This document shows, piece by piece, positions 10,138 to 26,566 of a DNA stretch of 64,000 nt. The translations under genes were made by a program, and so were the position numbers. Source of the stretch: Sphingomonas paucimobilis (GTDB lineage: Bacteria > Pseudomonadota > Alphaproteobacteria > Sphingomonadales > Sphingomonadaceae). The DNA lies in contig CALRNJ020000006.1 in the NCBI GenBank assembly GCA_943369475.1, forward strand, positions 139,630 through 203,629. The letters run 5' to 3'. Position 1 is the stretch's first letter. Every line of letters starts with the position of its first letter. The notes below the pieces were generated by a model, which did no database searches, was not told where the DNA came from, and saw only the letters and a program-made list of their open reading frames with translations.

Positions 10138-11214
10138 TCAGCCGCGATCGGGCGCCACCCGGTCACGCCTTAGCCGCTTGGTGGTGTACAGCGCGCCATC
10201 GGCCCGTTCGAACAGCTGGTCCAGCCCTTGGCCCGCATGATCTTTGTCCGCCCCGGCGGAAAAGTTGATGCGGCCCATGTTGCTGCCGTCCAAGGCGTTC
10301 CGCAGCATTTGGCCGGTCAGATCGGCACGTATTTGATCGATGCGTCGCTGCGGCCGTGGCGGGCATTACGCCCACGAAGCCGCCATCTGTTTCCAGCTGT
10401 TTAGCCAGATGGCTGGCCACGAAACGCAGCACATGATCGCCCTTGACGTGGCCAAAGCGATTATTGAAACGCTTGAAAAGATCGATATTCACGACGGCCA
10501 GCGCAAGCGGTCGGCTAGCGGCGACGGCTTCTGCCTGAGCCTTCTCCAATTCCGCCGTAAGCCCCGCTAGTTGAAGACACCGGTCAACGCATCGATGACG
10601 GCGGTCCGCTCTGGCTCATCCAACACGCGGCCGTTGGCGGTTTCGGTATCCACGGTCGAGGACTCGGCGTTCAATTGTTGCTGCAGGACGGCCAGCGCCG
10701 CTACATCCATCGGCCTGGCCAGGCGCTTGCCGCCATCAGAATGGGCGCGGTAACAATCGGCCAGATCGGTCTGCCCACCTTCGATGCGGTTGGTCAGGTC
10801 CTTGTCTTTGCAATTGGCTTTCGCAATCAACTAGTTGACTTGGGCCTCGCTCATCTGACCCGGCAGCGTTTCCCACAACTTGACTGCACCCAGACTCAGC
10901 CGATCGCCGGCCAAGGCCTTGTCGTTAATCAGCGATAGTTCCGCATCCTCCTTGCACACAAGGCTCCATAGCCCATCGTACACGGCTGGTTCCGGCGCCA
11001 GCCCGGTCTGGATCAGCAGCGCGCGGATCTGATCATGCCAGGCCAGCCGGCCGATGCCCGTGGAACGGGCGACATCTGCGGGCGCGGGCATCGCTGCTTG
11101 TACCACCATCGGCCCCGGCTGGTGATTCGCCTGATTGTTTCTCCCCGACTGATTGACCTGCACCGGAAATGGCGGCGGGGAGTAGGGTGCGTGAGGAGCA
11201 AGGATGAAAGGCAA
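10138..11214 (-). pseudogene. Degraded diguanylate cyclase (GGDEF) pseudogene
   Basis: Three collinear pieces: in-frame TAG at 10831-10833; DALTGVFN then TAG at 10567-10569; a frameshift near 10551 into LAVVNIDLFKRFNNRFGHVKGDHVLR; no GG(D/E)EF after GGFVG; a second frameshift near 10340 into INFSAG...LFERADGALYTTKRLRRDRV*. Confidence 0.8.
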
Positions 11215-11339
11215 AGCGCTGCAGCGGAGTCACAGCTAATGTCAGACAGGCTGGGCTGTGCCGCTGCTGCTGCGTGCGCCTGCTGGCGGATCTTGCCGGG
11301 GTCGATTTCGCCGGGCTAAATCCACGCGCCCGGCTGCGA

Positions 11340-11413
<74 letters not shown>

Positions 11414-11502
11414 GTTACTTTGGCCAATAATCCAGCTGCGCCCCGGCCGCAACCTCTTGCAGGCTAAAGATCCCGCCGCCTCATACCCCCCACGACAGCC
11501 TC

Positions 11503-11531
11503 TTGCACCGGCCGGCCCGTCTCTTTATAGC
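11503..11531 (+). promoter_or_regulatory. Sigma70-type promoter for tRNA-Trp/secE
   Basis: TTGCAC-N17-TATAGC followed by a GC-rich discriminator-like stretch. Confidence 0.6.
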
Positions 11532-11546
11532 CGCGCGTCTGCACAC

Positions 11547-11622
11547 AGGAGTGTAGCTCAGTTGGTAGAGCATCGGTCTCCAAAACCGAGGGCCGGGGGT
11601 TCGAGCCCCTCCACTCCTGCCA
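11547..11622 (+). tRNA. tRNA-Trp (CCA)
   Basis: AGGAGTGTAGCTCAGTTGGTAGAGC...CGGTCTCCAAAACCG...GGTTCGAGCCCCTCCACTCCTGCCA. Confidence 0.96.
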
Positions 11623-11816
11623 GCAGCCCCGGATTTTCGGCCACAAGTAGCTGAAAAATAGGGGTGTTGGGCCCATTTCGGGATGCGCAGGCAACGTCCA
11701 TCCTGCCGGTAACGGGGTCTCCCGTACCGGTTATTGGCGTTGCAGGCGGTGGGTAATGGCAGCCCATGATCGACGTGGCGCGATTCGTGTTGAGCGGAAC
11801 GGCAAAGGGTGACGGT

Positions 11817-12044
11817 GTGAGTGAGGTCAAGGCAGAAGTGGCGAAGAAGCCCCGGGTGTCCCCGGCGGAATTCGTGCGCCAGGTGCAGACTGAAACCCGC
11901 AAGATCGCCTGGCCCACCCTGCCTGATACAGTGCGCATGACGATCATGGTGTTGATCATGACCAGCCTGCTGTCGGTTTTCTTCCTTGGTATCGACCAGA
12001 TCCTTGGTCGCACCGTCAAATTCCTGCTCAGCCTCGCTGCTTGA
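11817..12044 (+). CDS. secE: Preprotein translocase subunit SecE
   Basis: SPAEFVRQVQTETRKIAWPT plus one TM helix, located between tRNA-Trp and nusG. GTG start at 11817 or 11838. Confidence 0.9.
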   Translation: MSEVKAEVAKKPRVSPAEFVRQVQTETRKIAWPTLPDTVRMTIMVLIMTSLLSVFFLGIDQILGRTVKFLLSLAA

Positions 12045-12053
12045 GGAACATCC

Positions 12054-12590
12054 ATGTCGCGCTGGTACATCATTCACGCCTATTCCGGTTTCGAGAGCAA
12101 GGTGAAGGAGTCGATCCTTTCCGAAGCCCGCCGCAAGGGCCTTGAAGCTTTCATCGACGCTGTTGAGGTGCCGGCCGAAACCGTCACCGAAGTGTTCAAG
12201 GGCAAGAAGCGCCAGGTCGAGCGCAAGTCGATGCCCGGTTATGTGCTGGCCAAGCTGGCGATGACTGACGACGTCTATCACCTCGTCAAGAATACGCCGA
12301 AGGTGACCGGGTTCCTGGGCCAGCAGAACAAGCCGCAGCCGGTGAGTGAGGCGGAAGCTGCCCGCATGCTGAACACCAAGACCGAGGAAACCCCTGCGGC
12401 CAAGATCAAGAAGAAGGCCAATTTCGAGATCGGCGACAGCGTTCGCGTGCTCGATGGCCCGTTTGCCAGTTTCAACGGCTTGGTCGAGGAAATCGACTTC
12501 GATCATGGTCGTGTCAAGGTGTCGGTGTCGATCTTTGGCCGGGCAACCCCGGTCGAACTCGGCTTCGAACAGGTGGAAAAGCAGAAGTAA
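12054..12590 (+). CDS. nusG: Transcription termination/antitermination factor NusG
   Basis: MSRWYIIHAYSGFE, PGYVL, KOW motif EIGDSVRVLDGPFASFNG, SIFGRATPVEL. Confidence 0.97.
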   Translation: MSRWYIIHAYSGFESKVKESILSEARRKGLEAFIDAVEVPAETVTEVFKGKKRQVERKSMPGYVLAKLAMTDDVYHLVKNTPKVTGFLGQQNKPQPVSEAEAARMLNTKTEETPAAKIKKKANFEIGDSVRVLDGPFASFNGLVEEIDFDHGRVKVSVSIFGRATPVELGFEQVEKQK

Positions 12591-12611
12591 TTCAGCGCTT
12601 CCACCACAGGC

Positions 12612-12645
12612 GTGGGAGGCCGGTTGCCCCGGCCGCTAGCACCAC
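12612..12645 (+). promoter_or_regulatory. Probable L1-binding leader of rplK-rplA
   Basis: GTGGGAG-gccgg-ttgc-cccggc-cgctagc-ACCAC stem with an internal loop, just upstream of the rplK SD. Confidence 0.55.
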
Positions 12646-12663
12646 ACAACAAGGAGCGGCCAC

Positions 12664-13098
12664 ATGGCCAAGAAGATTACTGGTTACATCAAGCTGCAGG
12701 TGAAGGCGGGTTCCGCCAACCCGTCGCCGCCGATCGGCCCGGCACTGGGCCAACGCGGCGTGAACATCATGGAATTCTGCAAGGCGTTCAACGCCAAAAC
12801 CGAATCCCTTGAAAAGGGCACCCCGATCCCGACGGTTATCACCGTTTATGCCGATCGTTCGTTCAGCTTCATCACAAAGTTGCCGCCGGCTTCGTTCCTG
12901 CTCAAGCAGGCGGCTGGCCTGAAGTCGGGCGGCACAACGCCTGGAAAGGGCGCGCCCGCTGCCAAGATCAAGCAGTCGCAGATCCGCGCCATCGCCGAGC
13001 AGAAGATGCCCGACCTGAACGCGAACAGCATCGAGATGGCGATGAAGACGATCGAAGGTTCGGCCCGCGCAATGGGCCTCGAAGTGGTGGAGGGCTGA
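12664..13098 (+). CDS. rplK: 50S ribosomal protein L11
   Basis: [13 protein letters not shown]...[25 protein letters not shown]. Confidence 0.98.
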   Translation: MAKKITGYIKLQVKAGSANPSPPIGPALGQRGVNIMEFCKAFNAKTESLEKGTPIPTVITVYADRSFSFITKLPPASFLLKQAAGLKSGGTTPGKGAPAAKIKQSQIRAIAEQKMPDLNANSIEMAMKTIEGSARAMGLEVVEG

Positions 13099-13102
13099 TC
13101 AC

Positions 13103-13801
13103 ATGGCTATGACCAAGAAGGCCAAGGCTCTGGCCACCGCGGTTGACCGCGAAAAGCTGTACCCCATCGACGAAGCCATCGGCCTCGTGAAGAGCCTGGC
13201 CACCGCCAAGTTTGATGAAACCATCGAAGTTTCGCTGAACTTGGGTGTCGATCCCCGTCACGCCGATCAGATGGTCCGCGGCGTCGTTACCCTGCCCAAG
13301 GGCACCGGCAAGACCGTGCGCGTGGGCGTGTTTGCCCGCGGCGCCAAGGCTGATGAAGCCAAGGCCGCCGGCGCTGACGTCGTTGGCGCTGAAGACCTGC
13401 TGGAACTGGTGACTGGCGGCACGATCGATTTCGATCGCTGTATCGCCACGCCCGACATGATGGGTCTGGTTGGCCGTCTCGGCAAGGTGCTGGGCCCCAA
13501 GGGCCTTATGCCTAACCCGAAGCTGGGCACCGTTACCATGAATGTGGGCGAAGCCGTGAAGGCAGCCAAGGGCGGCCAGGTTGAATATCGCGTCGAAAAG
13601 GCCGGTATCATCCATGGTATTCTGGGCAAGGCAAGCTTCCCGCAGGACGATCTGCGCGCCAACTTCAACGCGCTGCTCGATGCCGTGATCAAGGCCAAGC
13701 CGTCGGGCGCCAAGGGCAAGTATCTGCTCAAGGTTGCCGTCAGTTCGTCGATGGGCGCGGGTATCAAGGTCGATCCGTCGTCAACTGGCCAGTACGCCTG
13801 A
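13103..13801 (+). CDS. rplA: 50S ribosomal protein L1
   Basis: [37 protein letters not shown]. Confidence 0.98.
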   Translation: MAMTKKAKALATAVDREKLYPIDEAIGLVKSLATAKFDETIEVSLNLGVDPRHADQMVRGVVTLPKGTGKTVRVGVFARGAKADEAKAAGADVVGAEDLLELVTGGTIDFDRCIATPDMMGLVGRLGKVLGPKGLMPNPKLGTVTMNVGEAVKAAKGGQVEYRVEKAGIIHGILGKASFPQDDLRANFNALLDAVIKAKPSGAKGKYLLKVAVSSSMGAGIKVDPSSTGQYA

Positions 13802-13823
13802 TCATTTGTGATCAATGAACGTA

Positions 13824-13860
13824 GAAGGGCCGGAGCGGGAGACTGCTCCGGCCCTTTTTC
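13824..13860 (+). terminator. Intrinsic terminator after rplA
   Basis: aagggccggagc / gctccggccctt stem followed by a T-run. Confidence 0.8.
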
Positions 13861-13873
13861 GCTCTGCCATCGC

Positions 13874-13902
13874 TTGACTCTGCTGGCGCTTCCCCCTATC
13901 GC
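13874..13902 (+). promoter_or_regulatory. Sigma70-type promoter for rplJ-rplL
   Basis: TTGACT-N17-TATCGC. Confidence 0.6.
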
Positions 13903-13938
13903 GCCGCATCCGTTCCAGCCCTTCAAGGGGTTGGGCGA

Positions 13939-14076
13939 CCGTCCGAGATTGCAGGTGGTTCCCGCCTTAAGCCATTTGGGCCTGCATGAGACGAGGTTGG
14001 TTTCCCCGGTCGGGCTTCGCGTCTGATCTGGTCTGCACTGGGTGTTTCCGGTGTGGTGACGACCTTCTTCGGACGG
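13939..14076 (+). promoter_or_regulatory. L10 leader (rplJ autoregulatory RNA)
   Basis: CCGTCCGAGA-TTGCAGGT...TTAA...GCCTGCAT-GAGAC core. ccgtccga (13939) can pair with tcggacgg (14069-14076). Lies upstream of rplJ. Confidence 0.75.
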
Positions 14077-14208
14077 GCCTGGTGCCCGCTCCTCCCCAGC
14101 GATGGTGATTGGCAGGTGCAAGGCTCATGAGCCGGCGCAGTGTCATGCTGCGTCATCACCCGCCCGCCTGGCCTTTGTGCCTGGCGGGCATGAAACCAAG
14201 GAGTGAGC

Positions 14209-14724
14209 ATGGATCGCGCCCAAAAAGCCGAAGCCGTCTCCAGCCTGGCCAAGACGCTGACCGAAACTTCGGTTGTCGTTGTCACGCGCAACCATGGTCT
14301 GACCGTTGCTCAGTCGAGCGACCTTCGGAACCGGATGCGCGCTGCCGGTGCCAGCTACAAGGTGACGAAGAATAGCCTCGCGCGCATTGCGCTCGAAGGC
14401 ACGCCCTACCAGCCGATCGGTGATCTGCTGACTGGCCCGATCGGCCTTGCAACGTCTGCCGATCCTGTGGCCGCTGCCAAGATCGCGGTTGAATTCGCCA
14501 AGACGACGGACAAGTTCGAGATCATCGGCGGCGCCATGGCGGGCACGGTTCTGGATGTGACTGGCGTGAAGGCCCTGGCCGAACTGCCGTCGCTCGACGA
14601 ACTGCGCGCCAAGATCGTGGGCCTCATCAATGCGCCTGCGACCAAGCTGGCCCAGCTGGCCAATGCGCCGGCCGCCAAGCTGGCCCGCGTCTTTACGGCC
14701 TATGCCGAAAAAGATGCCGCCTGA
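14209..14724 (+). CDS. rplJ: 50S ribosomal protein L10
   Basis: [48 protein letters not shown] before ATG 14209. Confidence 0.97.
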   Translation: MDRAQKAEAVSSLAKTLTETSVVVVTRNHGLTVAQSSDLRNRMRAAGASYKVTKNSLARIALEGTPYQPIGDLLTGPIGLATSADPVAAAKIAVEFAKTTDKFEIIGGAMAGTVLDVTGVKALAELPSLDELRAKIVGLINAPATKLAQLANAPAAKLARVFTAYAEKDAA

Positions 14725-14770
14725 AGCCTTCGAACTCGAAAAACCAATCTGAAAATACTGGAGAAATACA

Positions 14771-15145
14771 ATGGCTGACCTGAACTCGATCGTTGAACAG
14801 CTTTCCGCCCTGACCGTGCTGGAAGCCGCTGACCTCGCCAAGATGCTGGAAGAAAAGTGGGGCGTGTCCGCCGCTGCGGCCGTGGCCGTGGCCGCTGGTC
14901 CGGCCGCCGCTGCTGCTCCGGCTGCTGAAGAGCAGACCGAATTTGACGTGATCCTCACCGGCGACGGTGGCAAGAAGATCAACGTCATCAAGGAAGTCCG
15001 CGCCATCACCGGCCTGGGCCTGACCGAAGCCAAGACTCTGGTGGAAGCGGCTCCGAAGGCCATCAAGGAAGGTGTGTCGAAGGCTGACGCCGAGAAGATC
15101 AAGAAGCAGCTCGAAGAAGCCGGCGCGACGGTGGAACTCAAGTAA
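14771..15145 (+). CDS. rplL: 50S ribosomal protein L7/L12
   Basis: [51 protein letters not shown]. Confidence 0.98.
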   Translation: MADLNSIVEQLSALTVLEAADLAKMLEEKWGVSAAAAVAVAAGPAAAAAPAAEEQTEFDVILTGDGGKKINVIKEVRAITGLGLTEAKTLVEAAPKAIKEGVSKADAEKIKKQLEEAGATVELK

Positions 15146-15181
15146 GCTTCAACGCTTCATGCCGGCCCGCCGGCAGGAAAC

Positions 15182-15222
15182 AGGAAAGGGGCAGCTCCTT
15201 GCGGGGCTGCCCCTTTTCCTTT
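15182..15222 (+). terminator. Terminator/attenuator after rplL
   Basis: aaaggggcagc / gctgcccctttt stem followed by T-rich tail. Confidence 0.75.
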
Positions 15223-15250
15223 GGCACTTCGCCGCACCTTGCGCCTCCAC

Positions 15251-15279
15251 TTGCCCAAATCCAACAAAGCGCCTATTCG
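15251..15279 (+). promoter_or_regulatory. Sigma70-type promoter upstream of rpoB
   Basis: TTGCCC-N17-TATTCG, about 220 nt before the rpoB start. Confidence 0.45.
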
Positions 15280-15501
15280 CCGCTCATCACCGGTCGGGAA
15301 TCGATTCCCGATCGGCCTGCCGCTTTTCGAGACACGACCCGTAGCGCGATCGGGCCGCGACGAATGGAAGGGTGGCGGGGCTTCAATCGCCAGTGACCGT
15401 GCGACATTCCGCTGCAGCGGGATGACGTGCGGTTTTTGCTGTTTTTCCAGATGGGCTTGCCTGCTGGAAGCGAAATTTTGACGAGAAGGCGAACGCAACA
15501 C

Positions 15502-19642
<4,141 letters not shown>

Positions 19643-19644
<2 letters not shown>

Positions 19645-19714
19645 CCGGCCTCACCGCCGGTTTTCCCTATCCCACACTCTGCCCACCCCCAGCCCTTCCC
19701 GCGAGCGGGAGGGG
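19643..19714 (+). repeat. Two hairpins in the rpoB-rpoC spacer; the second is REP-like
   Basis: aaccggc-ctcacc-gccggtttt, then ccct-tcccgc-ga-gcggga-gggg, which resembles the units at 36173-36306. Confidence 0.5.
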
Positions 19715-19730
19715 AAACGGAGGAAAGAAG

Positions 19731-23873
<4,143 letters not shown>

Positions 23874-23905
23874 CGTTTTCGGCGCCAGCCAACGCGCAAA
23901 GGACA

Positions 23906-23941
23906 ATGGGCGTGGCGGGCAACCGCCACGCCCATTTTCTT
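23906..23941 (+). terminator. Intrinsic terminator after rpoC
   Basis: 13-bp stem atgggcgtggcgg / ccgccacgcccat followed by tttctt. Confidence 0.8.
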
Positions 23942-24050
23942 GGCCGAAGCCAGATATTGCTTTCGGCCAACGGGCGGCGTTCTGCGTTGCGGCGCCGGAG
24001 ACACGCACAGTTGTGTTGCCGTTGATCTGCCCCGTCTTGGCCACAATGAT

Positions 24051-25274
24051 ATGCGACAGCAAATTTCAGTCGAGGAAGCTGCCGTGGCCACCGCCTACAA
24101 ACTGTCCGAAACTGTCGAGCCCGTGCCCGCGCGTCCGCTCAAGATCGCACTATTTTCGGGTAACTATAATTATGTCCGCGATGGCGCCAATCAGGCACTG
24201 AACCGGCTCGTCGCCTTTCTAGAGCGGCAGGATTGCACTGTGCGCGTCTATTCCCCGACCAGCGACACCCCTGCCTTCGAGCCTGCAGGGACGCTGGTTT
24301 CGGTGCCCAGTTTCTCGATCCCCGGGCGCGGCGAATATCGCGTGGCGCTGGGCCTGCCGGAACGGCTGAAGCGGGACGTTCGTGGTTTCGCGCCGGACAT
24401 CATCCATCTTTCTGCGCCCGATCCCGCCGCCCATGCCGCAAAGCGGTTGGCGCGCGAGCTTGGCGTACCGGTAGTGGCTTCCATCCACACCCGCTTTGAA
24501 ACCTATCTCGAGTATTATGGCTTCGGCTTTGCCCGGCCGTTGCTGGAAATGATGTTGCGCCGATTCTATGCCGGTCTTGATGAAGTGTTCGTGACAACGC
24601 CGGGCTTTGGCGTTTTGATGCGTGAAGCCCGGATCATCGCCAATGAACCGGCGGTGTGGAGCCGGGGTGTGGACAAGGCTCGCTTCAATCCGCAGCGCCG
24701 TTCGTCGGAATGGCGTTGGTCGCTGGGTATCGGCGAAAGCGAGGCGGTGATCGGCTTCGTGGGCCGACTGGTATTGGAAAAGGGGCTGGAGGCGGTGGCG
24801 GCGGCGGTGGCCGAGCTCAAGCATCGCGGCGTGCCGCACCGGCTGATGGTGGTGGGCGATGGCCCTGCGCGCGACCGCTTCCAGGCTCTGGCCCCCGATG
24901 CGATCTTCACGGGCTTCCTTGATGGCACAAACCTGGCGCGGGCTTATGCCAGCATGGACATGCTGCTCAATCCTTCGACCACCGAGACCTTTGGCAATAT
25001 CAACCTGGAAGCCATGGCCAGCGGTATTCCGGTGGTGGCGGCGCGGGCCAGCGGCAATGAATGCCTGGTCACAGATGGCGCCACCGGCGCGCTGGTGACG
25101 CCGGGCGACATCGCCGGCTATGCCGATGCGCTGCAACATTATTGCACCGATCCGCTGCTGCGCGCCGGCCACGGCAAGGCGGGCCTTGCCGCCGCACAAG
25201 CCTTTGATTGGGACTCCATCAACGGCGCCGTGCTCAGCCGCTATCGCGACCTAATCGCAACTAAACACACGTAA
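24051..25274 (+). CDS. GT-B glycosyltransferase (GT4-like)
   Basis: KIALFSGNYNYVRDG, VASIHT, WSRGVD, GFVGRLVLEKG, STTETFGNINLEAMASGIPVV. Confidence 0.88.
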   Translation: MRQQISVEEAAVATAYKLSETVEPVPARPLKIALFSGNYNYVRDGANQALNRLVAFLERQDCTVRVYSPTSDTPAFEPAGTLVSVPSFSIPGRGEYRVALGLPERLKRDVRGFAPDIIHLSAPDPAAHAAKRLARELGVPVVASIHTRFETYLEYYGFGFARPLLEMMLRRFYAGLDEVFVTTPGFGVLMREARIIANEPAVWSRGVDKARFNPQRRSSEWRWSLGIGESEAVIGFVGRLVLEKGLEAVAAAVAELKHRGVPHRLMVVGDGPARDRFQALAPDAIFTGFLDGTNLARAYASMDMLLNPSTTETFGNINLEAMASGIPVVAARASGNECLVTDGATGALVTPGDIAGYADALQHYCTDPLLRAGHGKAGLAAAQAFDWDSINGAVLSRYRDLIATKHT

Positions 25275-25318
25275 GATAAAGGGTTTTCTTTTTTCGCAGA
25301 CCCGTTACGCGGATCGGC

Positions 25319-26566
25319 ATGATCCGTGCGATTTGCCTTTTGGCGGCCATGGCAATGGCTTCCCCCGTTGCGGCGCAGTCCGCCCTTTCGATTGATGCGT
25401 TGGCTGCGGAAGTGGTCGCCGGCAATCCTGAGCGCCAATATCTTGCCCGCCAGATCAGCCTGGCGCAGACCGGTGTTGCCGCGGCTGGCCGGCTGGCGGA
25501 TCCGGAAATCAGCGTCGATTTCGGCGAAAAGCGTACCGACAGTCCGTTGACGGGTCAGCGTTTGGGTGACGGCCCGGCCTTTGCCGTATCGATCCTGCAG
25601 CCGCTCGAGTTCAATGGACGCATCCCGCTGCGCAAAGCTATCGCGCAAGGCAATGTGACGCTGGCTCGGCTGGGGCTGGCCCAGTTTGATGCGACGTTGG
25701 CCGGCCGCGCCCGCAGCCTGGGCTACCGCCTGTTTGCCGCCGGTGAACGCGCCGATGCGGCGGCAGCTGTGGCGGGCCGGATGCGCAGCCTGGCCGCGGT
25801 GCTGGTGGCGCGCGATCCTGCCGGGCCAGCGCCGCGCCTGGAAGCCGCCGTGCTGGAAGCGTCTGCCATCAACGCCGAACGCATCGCGGCCGAGGCGCAA
25901 GCCGCTTACAACGCCGCCCTCTATGAACTGAATGGCCTGCGCGGCCAGCCCTTCCCGGCCCGGGTGCGCATCCTGCGTCCGCCGTCGGTACCGCCGCCGT
26001 TGCCGGATGTGACGGTGCTGGCCGATCGGCTGGAAGGCGGCAATTTCGAACTCCTCGCCCTGAAGGCGCAGCTGGGCCAGCAGGGGCTGGCGGTGCGGTT
26101 GGCCGAAAAGAGCCGGGTGGGTGCCATAGCGATCGGGCCCTATCTCACGCGGGAACGCGGCGATGTGCGTGACACGATCGCAGGGGTGCGCGCGCAGACC
26201 ACGATCCCGTTGTGGAACCGGCAGGAAGGCGATGTTGCGGTCGCCGAATCGCGTGCCGCACAGGGCGAGGCCGCCCTGATCGCGACGCGCCGACGCCTTC
26301 TGGCCAGCCTGCATGCCGATGCCGCCCTCTATCGCGCCCGGTCAGACGCGCTGGCGAAATGGCCGGGCGACGTGCCGCAGCGCTTTGCCGATGCGGCTGC
26401 CGAAGCGGATCGTGCCTACCGCCTGGGCGCTGTCCCGCTTGCCACCTATGTGCAGATGCAGACCGGATGGCTTGATGCCACGAGCGCCGTGCTCGATACC
26501 CGCGCCGGCCTGTGGGAAGCGCGCGAGAATATCCGGATCCTCACCGGGGGCGGCGACCAGCCGTGA
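25319..26566 (+). CDS. TolC-family outer membrane factor (CzcC-like)
   Basis: Signal peptide and helical OEP repeats (GRLADPEI, IPLWNRQEGDV, AYRLGAVPL). Overlaps the RND start (GTGA). Confidence 0.85.
   Translation: MIRAICLLAAMAMASPVAAQSALSIDALAAEVVAGNPERQYLARQISLAQTGVAAAGRLADPEISVDFGEKRTDSPLTGQRLGDGPAFAVSILQPLEFNGRIPLRKAIAQGNVTLARLGLAQFDATLAGRARSLGYRLFAAGERADAAAAVAGRMRSLAAVLVARDPAGPAPRLEAAVLEASAINAERIAAEAQAAYNAALYELNGLRGQPFPARVRILRPPSVPPPLPDVTVLADRLEGGNFELLALKAQLGQQGLAVRLAEKSRVGAIAIGPYLTRERGDVRDTIAGVRAQTTIPLWNRQEGDVAVAESRAAQGEAALIATRRRLLASLHADAALYRARSDALAKWPGDVPQRFADAAAEADRAYRLGAVPLATYVQMQTGWLDATSAVLDTRAGLWEARENIRILTGGGDQP

Noticed and set aside
10567-10833. Possible programmed amber readthrough (two AAC-TAG stops in the DGC)
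   Set aside because: The same gene also has two frameshifts and lacks the catalytic motif, and no suppressor or pyl machinery is visible. Ordinary decay is simpler.
10038-11339. Integrative island at tRNA-Gly or tRNA-Tyr
   Set aside because: I saw no duplicated tRNA 3' end (att site), no integrase and no obvious compositional shift.
13808-14200. Small ORFs between rplA and rplJ
   Set aside because: The region is explained by the terminator, promoter and L10 leader, and the ORFs have no protein-like features.
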